Shown here: positions 40,677 to 51,800 of the stretch, in pieces | Layout: each line of letters starts with the position of its first letter | How positions within the stretch are numbered: the first letter of the stretch is position 1 | Source of the DNA: Andalucia godoyi And28 | Lineage: Eukaryota; Protista; Jakobida | NCBI GenBank assembly: GCA_009859145.1 | Contig: VRVR01000038.1 | Span: forward strand, 215,222-279,221 | DNA: 64,000 nucleotides | Direction of reading: 5' to 3' | The notes under the pieces: generated by a model | Told to the model about the DNA's origin: nothing | Seen by the model: only the letters and a program-made list of their open reading frames with translations | Databases searched by the model: none | Position numbers and translations under genes: made by a program

Positions 40677-43247
40677 ATGGCGACATCTGAAATACTTTCC
40701 GAGAATGAAATCAAAAGGAGTTTCTCAGATTTCCTCGAGCATAATTTTGGAGGCCGTCTGTACTCCGACGACGTACGCAAGCTCGTTGAACAACTGCAGG
40801 CCCGTTTGGTTCTGAATGTCAATGATCTGCGCGATTTCAACCCTGATTTTGCACGTCGAGTGCTGTCCTCTCCTGCAGATTATGTGCCGGTTTTAGAAAC
40901 TGCGCTACAGGAAAACCTTGCTCTCTTTGAAGCTGGATATTTTGAAGCGAATCCGCACTTGGAGGCACGCATTGGATTCTCTGGAGATTTTGGTGCGCAG
41001 CACGTGACGCCCCGCGGGCTCTCTGCCACGTTTCTAGGACAAGTCGTTTGTGTCGATGGCATTGTTACGAAGTGTTCTGTCGTTCGTCCCAAGGTGTCGC
41101 GTTCGGTGCACTACTGTCCGGCAACGAAGAATTTCACAACCCAGGTGTATCGAGATGCGACGTCCCTTCGCGGCTTGCCCACAAGCTCCATCTATCCGAC
41201 AAGAGACGAGTCTGGAAATCCGCTTGTCACGGAATTCGGGCTTTCCACATACCGCGACACGCAGTCTCTTTCCATTCAAGAAATGCCAGAAGCTGCACCT
41301 GCCGGACAGCTGCCCCGCTCCGTGGACTGCCTGGTTGAAGGAGATCTCGTCGATCGCGTTAAGCCGGGCGACCGTGTGCGATTGTTTGGTATTTATCGTG
41401 CGCTGTCCGGTGGCCGTGTCACCGGTAATGTGTCTGGAGTGTTCCGCACTGTTTTGATGATCAGTCATATTTCATATCTTGGAAAGCAAGCGATTGCGCC
41501 CCACATGACAGAGCGGGACATTGAGCGCATTCGTCGTTTGGCAGACCCTGCACAGTCTGGAAAGTCTGGCCCCGAAGTTGTGCAGTATCTTGCAAAGAGT
41601 GTTGCGCCGTCGATTTATGGCCATGAGGCGATCAAGCGCGCTCTCTTGCTTGTGCTTGTTGGGGGAATTGAAAAGAATTTGGCAAATGGCACGCATCTTC
41701 GTGGCGATGTAAATATTCTAATGGTCGGAGATCCCTCCACAGCAAAGTCGCAGCTGTTACGATTTGTCCTGACCGTTGCCCCCCTCGCGATTTCCACCAC
41801 CGGTCGCGGTTCATCTGGAGTGGGTCTGACTGCGGCGGTCGTCACCGACGCGGACACTGGCGATCGCCAACTACAGGCTGGTGCCATGGTGCTCGCCGAC
41901 CGGGGAGTTGTGTGTATTGACGAGTTTGACAAGATGAGCGACAGCGATCGAGTTGCTATGCACGAGGTCATGGAACAGCAGACAGTGACGATTGCAAAGG
42001 CTGGCGTCCATACAAGCTTGAATGCACGGTGCTCGGTCATTGCAGCTGCCAATCCTGTGTACGGAAATTATGACGTTTCCCGACGGCCCATGGAAAACAT
42101 CGGGCTTCCAGATTCGCTGCTTTCTCGTTTCGATTTGTTGTATGTGGTGCTTGATGCGTTGTCTGCCGAGCAAGATCGCATGATTGCGGAGCATGTACTG
42201 CGCTTGCATCGGTACCGAGCCGTCGGAGACACAGGCGATGCACTGATGACTTCCTCATCGGACCGGACGCATGGCGTCGTCGATGAAGCACTCACAACCA
42301 TGGGTGAAGGGAACGAGCGAGATGCAGACCGTGACGATGCCCTGGATCAAGATGACGACGGCGATGACGATGGCAACGCCAGTGACAGTGATATGTATCA
42401 GAAGTACCATCCACTGCTGCATCGCGAACGCGGTCTTCTATCGCTCTCATTTCTCAAAAAGTACATCTACTATGCGAAGACCCGCATGTCTCCTGCGTTG
42501 ACGGATGAAGCTCGTGATGTCATTGTGACCGCATACTCGGATTTGAGGACAGAGGCGCACGGCGACAAGAACACGTTGCCGATCACGCCGCGGTCTTTGG
42601 AGACGCTGATCCGTCTCTCGACGGCACATGCGAAGCTGCGACTGTCGCTGGTGGTGTCGAAGGAGGATGCGATGGAGGCTGTGAAGATTTTGAAGAATGC
42701 GCTGTACCAAGAAAACCTTACTGCTGGGTTGAAGAAGAAGCGGGAGCGCGAGCAAGAAATCGCGAATGCCGGCAGTGATATTGATTCGGAAGTCGAGGAG
42801 GAAGGCATTGCCAAGCCTAAGCAAAGATCGCTGGTCGATTCCGCACGAAAGGAAAGACCGAAGAGAAAGACTGCTGTCCAAAAGGTCGTGGACGACGTGA
42901 ACTCCGACGAAGAAGGTTCCGACGATCCTTTCAAGTTTGACGATTCTGCGGACAAGGGGGCAGCTCCAAAGCCTGCCAAGAAAGCAAAACCAGCGTCGCA
43001 GCCGCCAAAAGCAGCCGCCTCGCCGTCTGTGGATTCTGTATCCGCAACTGTCAGGAGTGGACAGTTCCGCACGACGCTGGCCAATATGCTTCACATGTCC
43101 GCTTCTGAGAGTGTCAGCTTACAGGAAGTGATTGCCAAGTTCCATGGAGTGTTTTCAAAAGATGAGATTCTGATGATGATCGAGGACCTCTCAAGGGAGA
43201 ACAAAGTCTTTTTCCACGCCGAATCTGGGCAGATTCACACGGTATGA
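40677..43247 (+). CDS. MCM3: DNA replication licensing factor MCM3
   Basis: GQLPRSVD, HLRGDVNILMVGDPSTAKSQLLR, TTGRGSSGVGLTAAV, CIDEFDKM, LPDSLLSRFDL, ITPRSLETLIRLSTAHAK. Confidence 0.95.
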   Translation: MATSEILSENEIKRSFSDFLEHNFGGRLYSDDVRKLVEQLQARLVLNVNDLRDFNPDFARRVLSSPADYVPVLETALQENLALFEAGYFEANPHLEARIGFSGDFGAQHVTPRGLSATFLGQVVCVDGIVTKCSVVRPKVSRSVHYCPATKNFTTQVYRDATSLRGLPTSSIYPTRDESGNPLVTEFGLSTYRDTQSLSIQEMPEAAPAGQLPRSVDCLVEGDLVDRVKPGDRVRLFGIYRALSGGRVTGNVSGVFRTVLMISHISYLGKQAIAPHMTERDIERIRRLADPAQSGKSGPEVVQYLAKSVAPSIYGHEAIKRALLLVLVGGIEKNLANGTHLRGDVNILMVGDPSTAKSQLLRFVLTVAPLAISTTGRGSSGVGLTAAVVTDADTGDRQLQAGAMVLADRGVVCIDEFDKMSDSDRVAMHEVMEQQTVTIAKAGVHTSLNARCSVIAAANPVYGNYDVSRRPMENIGLPDSLLSRFDLLYVVLDALSAEQDRMIAEHVLRLHRYRAVGDTGDALMTSSSDRTHGVVDEALTTMGEGNERDADRDDALDQDDDGDDDGNASDSDMYQKYHPLLHRERGLLSLSFLKKYIYYAKTRMSPALTDEARDVIVTAYSDLRTEAHGDKNTLPITPRSLETLIRLSTAHAKLRLSLVVSKEDAMEAVKILKNALYQENLTAGLKKKREREQEIANAGSDIDSEVEEEGIAKPKQRSLVDSARKERPKRKTAVQKVVDDVNSDEEGSDDPFKFDDSADKGAAPKPAKKAKPASQPPKAAASPSVDSVSATVRSGQFRTTLANMLHMSASESVSLQEVIAKFHGVFSKDEILMMIEDLSRENKVFFHAESGQIHTV

Positions 43248-43611
43248 TGCAGATGGGTTCCGCTCGGCGTTCTTTTCTTTCCCCGCTTTTCTCTTCATGC
43301 CTCTTTTGTTGTTCATCCCGGTGATTCAGCAAGAGGATGAATATTTAAGAATGATCGCTTGTATATGTTATTCCTGGAGGTAGTCAATGTGCTCGTTTGT
43401 ATGTCACTGCACTTTTTGTGGAGACGTGTATGTATGTTTGTTGTATGCTGTGTTTGTATGATTTTGGAATTTGGATGAAGAGAAATTGCAATAGAAAAAA
43501 AGAAAAACCCACATTCAGAAAAATGCACTTCTTTGGTTTCTTGTTTCGACAGACGTCCACAGCACACCCAACCCCATTGTCCCAACATTCGAATACGTCT
43601 ACATTATACGC

Positions 43612-43705
43612 TGAATATGCATGTCTACGAATAGACATGCATATTCAATCTTGCATCCCGTTGCCGGGAAGAGGATAGACCCCAACACGCCTCACGGCGT
43701 TCTTC
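43612..43705 (-). ncRNA. Candidate Fanzor omegaRNA scaffold: three tetraloop hairpins overlapping the ORF 3' end
   Basis: Minus strand: ACGCC-GTGA-GGCGT (43700-43687), TCCCG-GCAA-CGGGA (43669-43656), and a perfect 16-bp stem TGAATATGCATGTCTA-TTCG-TAGACATGCATATTCA (43647-43612) starting at the relic's stop codon. Confidence 0.5.
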
Positions 43706-43856
43706 AGATAGATGTTCTGCGCTCCGTTCCCAATCTCGGTCAATCGGTGAGCTACACGCGGGACATGCAAACACTTTACTTCCGCCGCTCGCGATACTCG
43801 GTCGCCTTATGGAACAAACGCTGCAAAAAGAACGAATGATAGAATAGATGGCTATG
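43645..43856 (-). pseudogene. Fanzor2/TnpB C-terminal relic (copy C): zinc finger and RuvC-III, with an internal deletion and a frameshift
   Basis: Across frames: HSFFLQRLFHKATEY / GGSKVFACPACSSPIDRDW / (+1 G at 43729-31) NGAQNIYLKN...MQD*. This matches the Fanzor2 pattern HY.F.QRL..KA.EY...GGSK.F.C..C....DRD.NGA.NI. Confidence 0.8.
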
Positions 43857-44143
43857 GATGCTGCGTTAAAGAGTGTCGAAAATGCGGAGCCTGTGTCACC
43901 GGCTGAATTTTGGCCGAGCGTGCGTAAGCACGGATTCCTGTGGAACAAACGTGCTAGTGTCGGCTGGTATTGACCGTCTCTGTTTATGGATGTTTCCGTA
44001 TGCATGCCAATGGCGTGTTATTATTCAACGGTGCCACAACCCAAAAACAACATCGTTTTTTTTTGTTTACCACCGAGAATCCGTTTTCCATCTGGAAGTA
44101 AAATACGAATTGTCCTTTTGATGTCTTGGTGAACTGGACACTA

Positions 44144-45166
44144 ATGTCGAAAGTGCTTCTTCATCCGCTTGCATTGATCAACATTGCTGATCACTTCACT
44201 CGACAGAAAGTGCGAAGTGTGCCTGAATCGGACAGATCGATTCCTTTGTGTGTCGGTGTGTTGTTTGGTTCGCAGACACCGGGAACCGACTCTGGAGATC
44301 TCTCTGTGATTGAAATTCACACGTCTTTTGAGATTGTGGCAGAGATGCGCGATGGTGTGTGCCAAATCGATTCTCAGTATTTATGCATGAAGCGCGACCA
44401 GTATCTCCAAATATTCCCAAAATACGAAGTCGTGGGATGGTACAGCACACACACGGATGTTGTGAAGTCGCAGGCCATATATGACCAATTCGTCAGTGAT
44501 TCCATTGCGGAGACTCCGCTCTCGCTGCTGCTGGATCCTACGTTTTCGTTTGAGGGATCCGCGGTGTCACGGGCGTCCTCCTCGTTGCCGCTGTTCATTT
44601 TTGAGCCGAAGGTGTCCGGCTCCAATCCATCGGCACCAACACCAGCAATAGCACCCGGACGAGTCGACTTTGGGGCTTCTGTGCCGTACTCGATTGTATC
44701 GGGAGATGCTGAACGAGTTGGTGTGGAGCATATATCGGCTGCGGGCGGTGCAGAACGAACAAGGGGGACAAAGTCACAAGTAGTGTCCGCGCTCGCGAAG
44801 TTTCGTGCTTCGTTTCGCATATTACAGGATCGAGTGCAAGCGATTGTCAGTTTTCTGTCATGCTCCGTTTCGGGTTCTCGCAGCGTGTCGGAGAAGGAGA
44901 CCCACGCTTGGATGGCGTCCAATGCGAGTCTGTTGCGGCGCTGTTCGCTTTTGGCACACCAAATGCATTCTATGGGTGGCAGCGCGTTTGACGAAGATTT
45001 CTCGGCAGAAGTTAGCAGCGTGCTCCTGGAAGTTCTTTGCGCATCCATGACCCATGCAGTGGTTCATGTTGACAGCTTTTTGAAAAGAGCCGTGACTTCG
45101 TCGTTGGATGTTTCTCAGCAAAAACAGGGGGCTATCGATGACGATATCCAGGAAATGCTAGATTAG
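44144..45166 (+). CDS. COPS6: COP9 signalosome subunit 6 (inactive MPN domain), divergent
   Basis: VLLHPLALINIADHFTR, CVGVLFGSQ, IEIHTSFE, IDSQYL..KRDQYLQIFPKYEVVGWYST, ERVGVEHI. Confidence 0.8.
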   Translation: MSKVLLHPLALINIADHFTRQKVRSVPESDRSIPLCVGVLFGSQTPGTDSGDLSVIEIHTSFEIVAEMRDGVCQIDSQYLCMKRDQYLQIFPKYEVVGWYSTHTDVVKSQAIYDQFVSDSIAETPLSLLLDPTFSFEGSAVSRASSSLPLFIFEPKVSGSNPSAPTPAIAPGRVDFGASVPYSIVSGDAERVGVEHISAAGGAERTRGTKSQVVSALAKFRASFRILQDRVQAIVSFLSCSVSGSRSVSEKETHAWMASNASLLRRCSLLAHQMHSMGGSAFDEDFSAEVSSVLLEVLCASMTHAVVHVDSFLKRAVTSSLDVSQQKQGAIDDDIQEMLD

Positions 45167-45215
45167 TCTGCCTGTGGAATTAAAACAAACAAACACACAT
45201 TCCAAAAAAACAATA

Positions 45216-45257
<42 letters not shown>
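45216..45257. repeat. (AAT)14 microsatellite between convergent genes
   Basis: Read directly. Confidence 0.9.
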
Positions 45258-45262
<5 letters not shown>

Positions 45263-45315
45263 TAACAGCAAGAGTAATAGTAATAATGATAATCGTCATT
45301 GTATCAGATTTGTTG

Positions 45316-45890
45316 TCAACTGGGTTGCAGAGTGTTCGTCTGCTTTCTCCTCTTTGAAGGGATGGCATCCGCCACGACGGATGCTGATGCACCGTGCTCG
45401 TCAGACGATGTCGCACTCGCACTCGACTGCAGCAACTCCGTACGCAGAGCCGCGAGCTTGCGTCTTGCAGCCATTTCAGGATCATACGAACTACGCACCC
45501 GGTCTTTGACGGCATCCTCGGAAACCAACGGATATAGATCGTGATGAGAGAGCGCCGATGGCAAGGTTGCAACGGAATGCACGTCCGATTGCACTCTGCG
45601 GCCAAAACCAGAAGACTCTGTCGCGTTGGATTCAGCTGCATGCGATGATCGTTTGGTTGTCCGAGGTGTCACTGCTCGTGAGCGCATGACGTCCTCCAAG
45701 TACGAATCGACATCCACTTTCGGAGACAACACTTTCCATCTCCTCCAGCAGGCATTATCTGAGCGGTCGACTTGCAGCCCCAGGGCGACTTTCGACGCGT
45801 TATACAGCTTTGCCACTTCTGCCCACTTTCCTGGCTTGCCAACCCGCTCCAAAATGGACATCAACAACTTGTCTTCTTCAGGCGTCCATC

Positions 45891-45933
<43 letters not shown>

Positions 45934-47169
45934 CGACGCCTGTGATTGTGACGTTGACGTGGACGCTGAATTCACACTCGTCACTTTGAGGATGTTTTCG
46001 TTTCGTTCTCGACATTGTGGATCCGTCCGCCCAGGCACAAGACGTGCAATGTCCCCCCACGCCTCACCTACACAGTGCATTGCAAGCAATAGCTTCTTGT
46101 CTTCATCAATGGTCCAAGGAGTTCGAGAAATCGACGGGTCAATGCTCTTTGTGTACCGGAAGAAACACTGCTGACTGGTGCGATACGACTGCTCGTCCAT
46201 GAGATGAGACACCTCTGGCCAGTTATGTGCACCTGCCATGGAAACTGCGCTTAGCAGTTTCTGGTCATCTTCAGCACTCCACTTTGACGAAACAAACAAC
46301 GGATTCAATTTCTTCTGGAATCGTGCGAGATACTCGAGAGCGGTACGCGGCGGAAAGTCGCATTCGATCAAAGGCGTGGAAGGAGGAATGCGGGAGATGT
46401 GATTCAGCAGCGAGAGAAAGTCCATGTCTGCACCGAGATACTGAACAAAAGAAGAAGAAGACACACGAATGTTGCTCAACGCACGTGCAAGAATATGCCA
46501 TGCTCGCATGCCGGAGGCCGTGGCGAAATCAACAATGCGCTTATCTTCCTCTTTTGAAAAAGGAACTGCGGCACTTCCCAACAATGATTTTCTAAGAGCG
46601 CATATCAGGACGTGGTTTAAAAAATGGAACCGGCAGTCTTGCGCAGATCTTCCTATAACAGCATGCTGCGCAATCAACTCCCAGTTCACTTCCCATATAC
46701 CCGGTGGGATATTCCTCAGCAACAAGTCGTTGCCAGTGTCCATCCTCGTGTTGGTGTTAGTGCTGATGCTGGTTCTGGTGCTGGATAAGTAGTACAAATG
46801 CACCCATCTTTCCAATTTCATCGTCCGAATCTCCAGAAACAAAACGTCCACCTCTGCTTTTCGCTCTGCAAATTCCCTCGGTCGCAAACTGTCGAGCACA
46901 AAGCTCATCATGGATGTCTGCCACTGATCAATCACGGCACTCAAAAGAGAATCCCTCTCTGCGTCTGTCCATAGATGCACATCAAAGTACAGCGGATGCC
47001 GCTCTAGAATTTCCTGCCATGCCAAGTCTTCCTGGGTGACGGGTGTCTGACCGAAGAATCGAGTGGTCGACGGTCGATGGGTATAGAAAGTCGGGGACGT
47101 CCAATATTCTGTTTCTCGCGATAGTGCCTCTTGCATTCGGAGATTGGAATCTGTCCCGGAGCATATCAT
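45316..47169 (-). CDS. Multi-Myb-repeat protein, SNAPC4/SNAP190-like
   Basis: Tandem Myb repeats WTDAERDSLL, VNWELIA...RSAQDCRFHF, FSKEEDKRI, WSAEDDQKLL...NWPEVS...RTSQQCFFRY, WTIDEDKKLL...GRTDPQCRER, WTPEEDKLL. Start codon uncertain (47169 or 47136). Confidence 0.65.
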
Positions 47170-47602
47170 TTCATTTCACTGTTTTGCTTATTCGACATCC
47201 CAACAGGCATCGCGTCCAGGAAGCAAAGCACAAAACAACAACAGCAGCAACAACAACAACAACAACAACAACAAAACAACCTCCCAACGAAACACCCTGC
47301 TTTCCCCATACTTTCTTTGTGCCCCAGTCTTTTCTTGGCTGTTCTGTTTCCCTCTGTAGACAAATGTAGACGCTCCTGTTTGGTCTTGCTGGAGTTGTTG
47401 TTTTTTTGGAACGGACATCTTTATGAACGGGCCCCACTCTCCAGTTCCCGGATTCTGGGTGCTTCAGACGCTTTAGTGCTGGGAAGTGGGAAAACACAAT
47501 CAGAGAGTGGAAAAGGGGGAGGAGGAAAAATAAATACATAAATAAATAAATAAAGGAAGGAGAGTGCGCACACAGAAAAAGGGAATCAATGTTGGATCGA
47601 CA

Positions 47603-50365
47603 ATGTTCCGTCTAGAAGTCACCCGTATCGAATGTTTTGATACATCGAAAGGTGCACCGGGGTTTGGCGACATGGATTCTTTGGAGCGCAATCAGGACAC
47701 ATCACCTTCTATGCCATCGGCTTCTTTTGAAGTGTTCTTGGACATGTCTTGCGAAGGAGAGATTCCCCAAAAATTCTTCGTTGGTCTCCTTTCCCCCAAC
47801 TCTTCTGTGGCGCTTCAGAGCTGTACGTTGGAATATTTTGCGTTCCGTCCGGTCACGTTCACGCTGTTCCGCGGAGCATACACGCGCGTATCATCACACA
47901 CGATCTCCGACTTTCTCCTTGGGTATGACATCGGGGAGTTCAGAAAAGAAATTGTTTTTTCGTCTCGAAGGTACTCAAACCTGATCTTTAAGTTGTTTGT
48001 TCGAATCATGCCGGCCGTCACCGAATGGTCCATGTCTGTCGTCCAGGTTTCTCGAACGCGCGGAACCGGATTAGAAGCGTTCGGGCTCCAGTACTTCAGA
48101 GGCTCTCCGTCCACAGATCCATTGAAGACTTCTGTGGCGAAAACTGGCAGAATTGCCACCAGATCGGATTGCGATGTTGCATTCGGTTCCTACACATCCT
48201 CGGATGTTTCGTCGCAGCACGTGTCCCACCACGGTTCTGTAATGGGCATGGGAGCCTGCACGCTGGTATGGACAGCCCAGCGATCATGGGGTCGTCAGCG
48301 CATTGTCGGCATCTCGAAGTTTCGGCTCGAGTATGAAGATGGGCGTTTGTTTTTTCTTTTTGATTCGGAAGAAGGTGTGCAGGTCTCTGTTCCGGGAGAA
48401 TGGTCCACCAGTGTTAGAATCGGAGAATATATTGTAGAGCTGCGCGTAGAGTTTCTGCGACCAAAGGTGCAGAACATGCCGCTGCTTTCGGCCGAGGGCG
48501 GATGGCAAGGGGTCAGCACCATTCCATCACGCGAGACGTCAATCAAGGTTCTCATCGATGGCTTGCAAACATTCCGCGCATATTATTCCGCATTGCGCAG
48601 GGCGACACGGTCCATCGATATTACTGCGTGGGAGATGAGTTTGTCTTTTGGTTTAGTACGGAGGAAGCCGCATAACTATGTTGGATTTCACACGACGCCG
48701 TTGTGGATTACAGTTTCGGACGTGTTGCTGGATCGTGCTTTGCATGGAGTAGATGTCCGTGTTATTGTGTGGCGACACAACATGGTGTCGTGGCTGTCGC
48801 GATGGCTGTACTTGGGGGAGGTCACGATTGAGAGAGAGTGCTCCAAGCTCCAAGACCGGGCAACGGCTCTTGGGATCCACTGCCGAATTTTCAATTCGAT
48901 TAATGATGAAGTCCCCGAGTCTGCTCTTCACTGCGCCACTGCACGTTCTGTGGGCAGCATTTCGATAATGATTGATGGCAATCCCCACGGCGTGGTTTCC
49001 TGTCACCACGAAAAGCTCGTGTTGATCGATGCAGACGTGGAAGGCAGTGAAACCAGCACGGCCTTCATGGGAGGATTCGACATGACAAAAGGTCGCTTCG
49101 ACCAGCCAGCCCACCAGTTGCCCGTTTCTTACTTTGCAACGCATGTCATTGGAGCCGGTGAGCCGCAGCGAAAACGATATGGCGACGCCGCCGTGCAGCC
49201 CATCTTCAAACATATTCGAATGCTATGGCATGATGTGCAAATACAGCTTCGCGGAGCCGGTGCGGTTGCGTTTCTGAGGCTGCATTTCGAGCAAAGATGG
49301 TATTTTTCGTGTGCCAGGGATGTGTACAAGACACGCCACTTCCACTTGGCAAGAAAAGACCTGGTCGAGAAGGCGGCGACATTGGCTGCAGTGCCGTCCC
49401 CAAACCCACTGATTCAGGAGCGTCCTCCGGAAATCGTTCCGGAATGTGAAATTGAAGACATTGAGGATCCCGCCGAGGACCCTGCTTCTCTTCCATGGTT
49501 TCGACCGACGTCCGTAGAGATCTCCCGAGGATGGCCACCCGTTATCGACTCGCGATCATTAGTAGACGCGTTCTCTAGAATCATTGGGTCTGCAAAGAAG
49601 TCCCTGTATGTTGAGCATCAATATCCGTTTCACAACGAGGCATTGACACACCAGCTGTGCTCGCAGCTGGCGATGAATCCAGATCTGCATGTTACGGTGG
49701 TGATGCCGGTAGTGTCGGATTTACCGACTGGGCTTCTGGGATCGTGGATCGACATGTCACAAGATGACGTGCACTCAAACCTTCGACTGGTTCATGCAGC
49801 AGCACCGGATCGCGTGGGCGTGTTCGGAATAGTCAGCTCCGCTTTTGAGCAAATGATGCATCTTACGGACCCAACATACCGCATGAAGCCTATCTATGTC
49901 CACTCCAAAGTCGTGATTGCAGATGACGATGCTGTTTTGATAGGGTCTGCGAACATGGACAATATGTCGCTGTTTCGAGCATCGGAATTGGCCGTGATGC
50001 TGGTGGATCGCGAGTTTGCGCATCATATTCGGATGCGTCTGTGGAGAGAACACTTGTCACCGCTGTCCGTTCCGGAGGAGCTGGACTCTGGTCTGCGATT
50101 GTTTCGTCAGATGGCAGAGGAAAACTTGCACCGACTGCATGTATTGCACGGCCGCATGGCACGGCCGCAGGATATTCCTCTGTATGGCAGGGTGGTTCCA
50201 TTGGTGCCAGCGGACACGTTTCGGATTGTCAGAAACCTTGTGAGTCCCAGATCTTCGCGTCTCTGGATTTCAGGGCTTCTCCCACCGTCCCCTGCCATCA
50301 CGGCAACCATCAGCCGCAGCGCTACCACTTCGGAGTCGGGGTTTTTCCTCCAAAGCATGCTGTGA
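47603..50365 (+). CDS. Phospholipase D with two HKD motifs
   Basis: CHHEKLVLID and YVHSKVVIADD...IGSANMD; AFMGGFD, WHDV, LYVEHQY. Confidence 0.88.
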   Translation: MFRLEVTRIECFDTSKGAPGFGDMDSLERNQDTSPSMPSASFEVFLDMSCEGEIPQKFFVGLLSPNSSVALQSCTLEYFAFRPVTFTLFRGAYTRVSSHTISDFLLGYDIGEFRKEIVFSSRRYSNLIFKLFVRIMPAVTEWSMSVVQVSRTRGTGLEAFGLQYFRGSPSTDPLKTSVAKTGRIATRSDCDVAFGSYTSSDVSSQHVSHHGSVMGMGACTLVWTAQRSWGRQRIVGISKFRLEYEDGRLFFLFDSEEGVQVSVPGEWSTSVRIGEYIVELRVEFLRPKVQNMPLLSAEGGWQGVSTIPSRETSIKVLIDGLQTFRAYYSALRRATRSIDITAWEMSLSFGLVRRKPHNYVGFHTTPLWITVSDVLLDRALHGVDVRVIVWRHNMVSWLSRWLYLGEVTIERECSKLQDRATALGIHCRIFNSINDEVPESALHCATARSVGSISIMIDGNPHGVVSCHHEKLVLIDADVEGSETSTAFMGGFDMTKGRFDQPAHQLPVSYFATHVIGAGEPQRKRYGDAAVQPIFKHIRMLWHDVQIQLRGAGAVAFLRLHFEQRWYFSCARDVYKTRHFHLARKDLVEKAATLAAVPSPNPLIQERPPEIVPECEIEDIEDPAEDPASLPWFRPTSVEISRGWPPVIDSRSLVDAFSRIIGSAKKSLYVEHQYPFHNEALTHQLCSQLAMNPDLHVTVVMPVVSDLPTGLLGSWIDMSQDDVHSNLRLVHAAAPDRVGVFGIVSSAFEQMMHLTDPTYRMKPIYVHSKVVIADDDAVLIGSANMDNMSLFRASELAVMLVDREFAHHIRMRLWREHLSPLSVPEELDSGLRLFRQMAEENLHRLHVLHGRMARPQDIPLYGRVVPLVPADTFRIVRNLVSPRSSRLWISGLLPPSPAITATISRSATTSESGFFLQSML

Positions 50366-50726
50366 TTCGCGAAATTGGGCGAGTTCCCCATCGACTGCGG
50401 TTATATGCCGCCTTGTCGCCGATTTCGCTGTTTGTTACATCCTACCGGAAATTATTTTTTAAGGCCGACTTATCTCCGTCTGTATATTTTTATGTTTTGG
50501 GCTTTTTTTTCCCCTTCTTTTCCCCTTCCTTTCTCTTCCGTTCTTTTCCGTTCTTTTCCTTCCTTCTCCCGTCCCCCTCCCTCTTCCTCTACTTCTATGA
50601 TCAGAACAATCAGTCAATCTTGAAATTCTGTTGTGCGTGCGATCGACACTTTACTTATTCAAAACCTTTTTTTGAAAAAAATATTTCGCTGGGCTCTTTG
50701 TTTTTGTTTTTCCACCCCTGCTCACA

Positions 50727-51800
50727 ATGTCATTGTTTCAGTCTATTAAGGTTGGCGCGCTGACGCTTCCGAACCGCATTGTAATGGCACCCATGACTCG
50801 TGGCCGTGCGAATGGTGACGGAGTTCCCCACCCACGAATGGCTGTCTACTACGCGCAGCGTGCGTCCGCTGGCCTTCTGATCACCGAAGGAGTTTTCATA
50901 TCACCACAGGCGGTCGGATGGGTCAATGCACCTGGTATCTACACGGATGCGCAAATCGAGGGATGGAAGTCTGTTACGAATGCAGTTCATGAAAAGAATG
51001 GGCGCATCTTTCTTCAGCTGTGGCACATGGGACGTGTTTCGCATCCCAATTTTCAGAATGGGTCGCTACCTGTCGGACCCTCAGCGATTGCTGCTGAAGG
51101 AGAGACATTTACTCCTGCCGGAAAGTGTGCCTATGTGACTCCCCACGAACTGACTGCTTCCGAAATTGCTCAAACGGTTGCCGATTTTGCTCAAGCCGCG
51201 AAGAATGCAATCGCTGCTGGGTTTGATGGAGTTGAGATTCATGGTGCCAATGGATACCTCGTGGACGAGTTCATTCGCGACGGCTCCAACAAGCGAACCG
51301 ACGAATTTGGAGGTTCGATTGAAAAACGCTGGAAATTCCCTCTCCAGGTTGTCCAAGCGGTGGTGAACGCGGTTGGGGCGGAAAAGACTGCAATCCGTCT
51401 GAGCCCTGTTGGTGGATACAACACCATGTCCGATTCTGATCCGCAGGCGACGTTTACCTACGGTGTTTCTCAGTTGAACAAGTTTGGTCTTGCATTTTTG
51501 CATGTTTTGGAAGCCGGTCCTGGACACATGATGTATAACGAGAATGCACCTGTGGTCCACCCTCATTTGCGAAAAGCTTTCCAAGGTCCTTTCTTGCTGA
51601 ATGGCGGACAAACAAAGGATTCTGCAGAGGCAGCGATGGCATCCGGCGCTGCAGACTTCATCTCGTTTGGTGTTCCGTTTCTGGCCAACCCAGATCTTGT
51701 AAACCGGTTGAAGAAGGGTGATGCTCTTGCAATGCCAGATTTTGCCAAATTGTATGGTGGCGATGAATCTGGATACACTGACTATCCTGCCTTGGAATGA
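50727..51800 (+). CDS. Old yellow enzyme / NADH:flavin oxidoreductase (alkene reductase, NemA-like)
   Basis: NRIVMAPMTRGRA, YYAQRASAGLLITEG, QLWHMGRVSH, GFDGVEIHGANGYLVDEF, RTDEFGGS, FLANPDLV, GYTDYP. Confidence 0.95.
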   Translation: MSLFQSIKVGALTLPNRIVMAPMTRGRANGDGVPHPRMAVYYAQRASAGLLITEGVFISPQAVGWVNAPGIYTDAQIEGWKSVTNAVHEKNGRIFLQLWHMGRVSHPNFQNGSLPVGPSAIAAEGETFTPAGKCAYVTPHELTASEIAQTVADFAQAAKNAIAAGFDGVEIHGANGYLVDEFIRDGSNKRTDEFGGSIEKRWKFPLQVVQAVVNAVGAEKTAIRLSPVGGYNTMSDSDPQATFTYGVSQLNKFGLAFLHVLEAGPGHMMYNENAPVVHPHLRKAFQGPFLLNGGQTKDSAEAAMASGAADFISFGVPFLANPDLVNRLKKGDALAMPDFAKLYGGDESGYTDYPALE

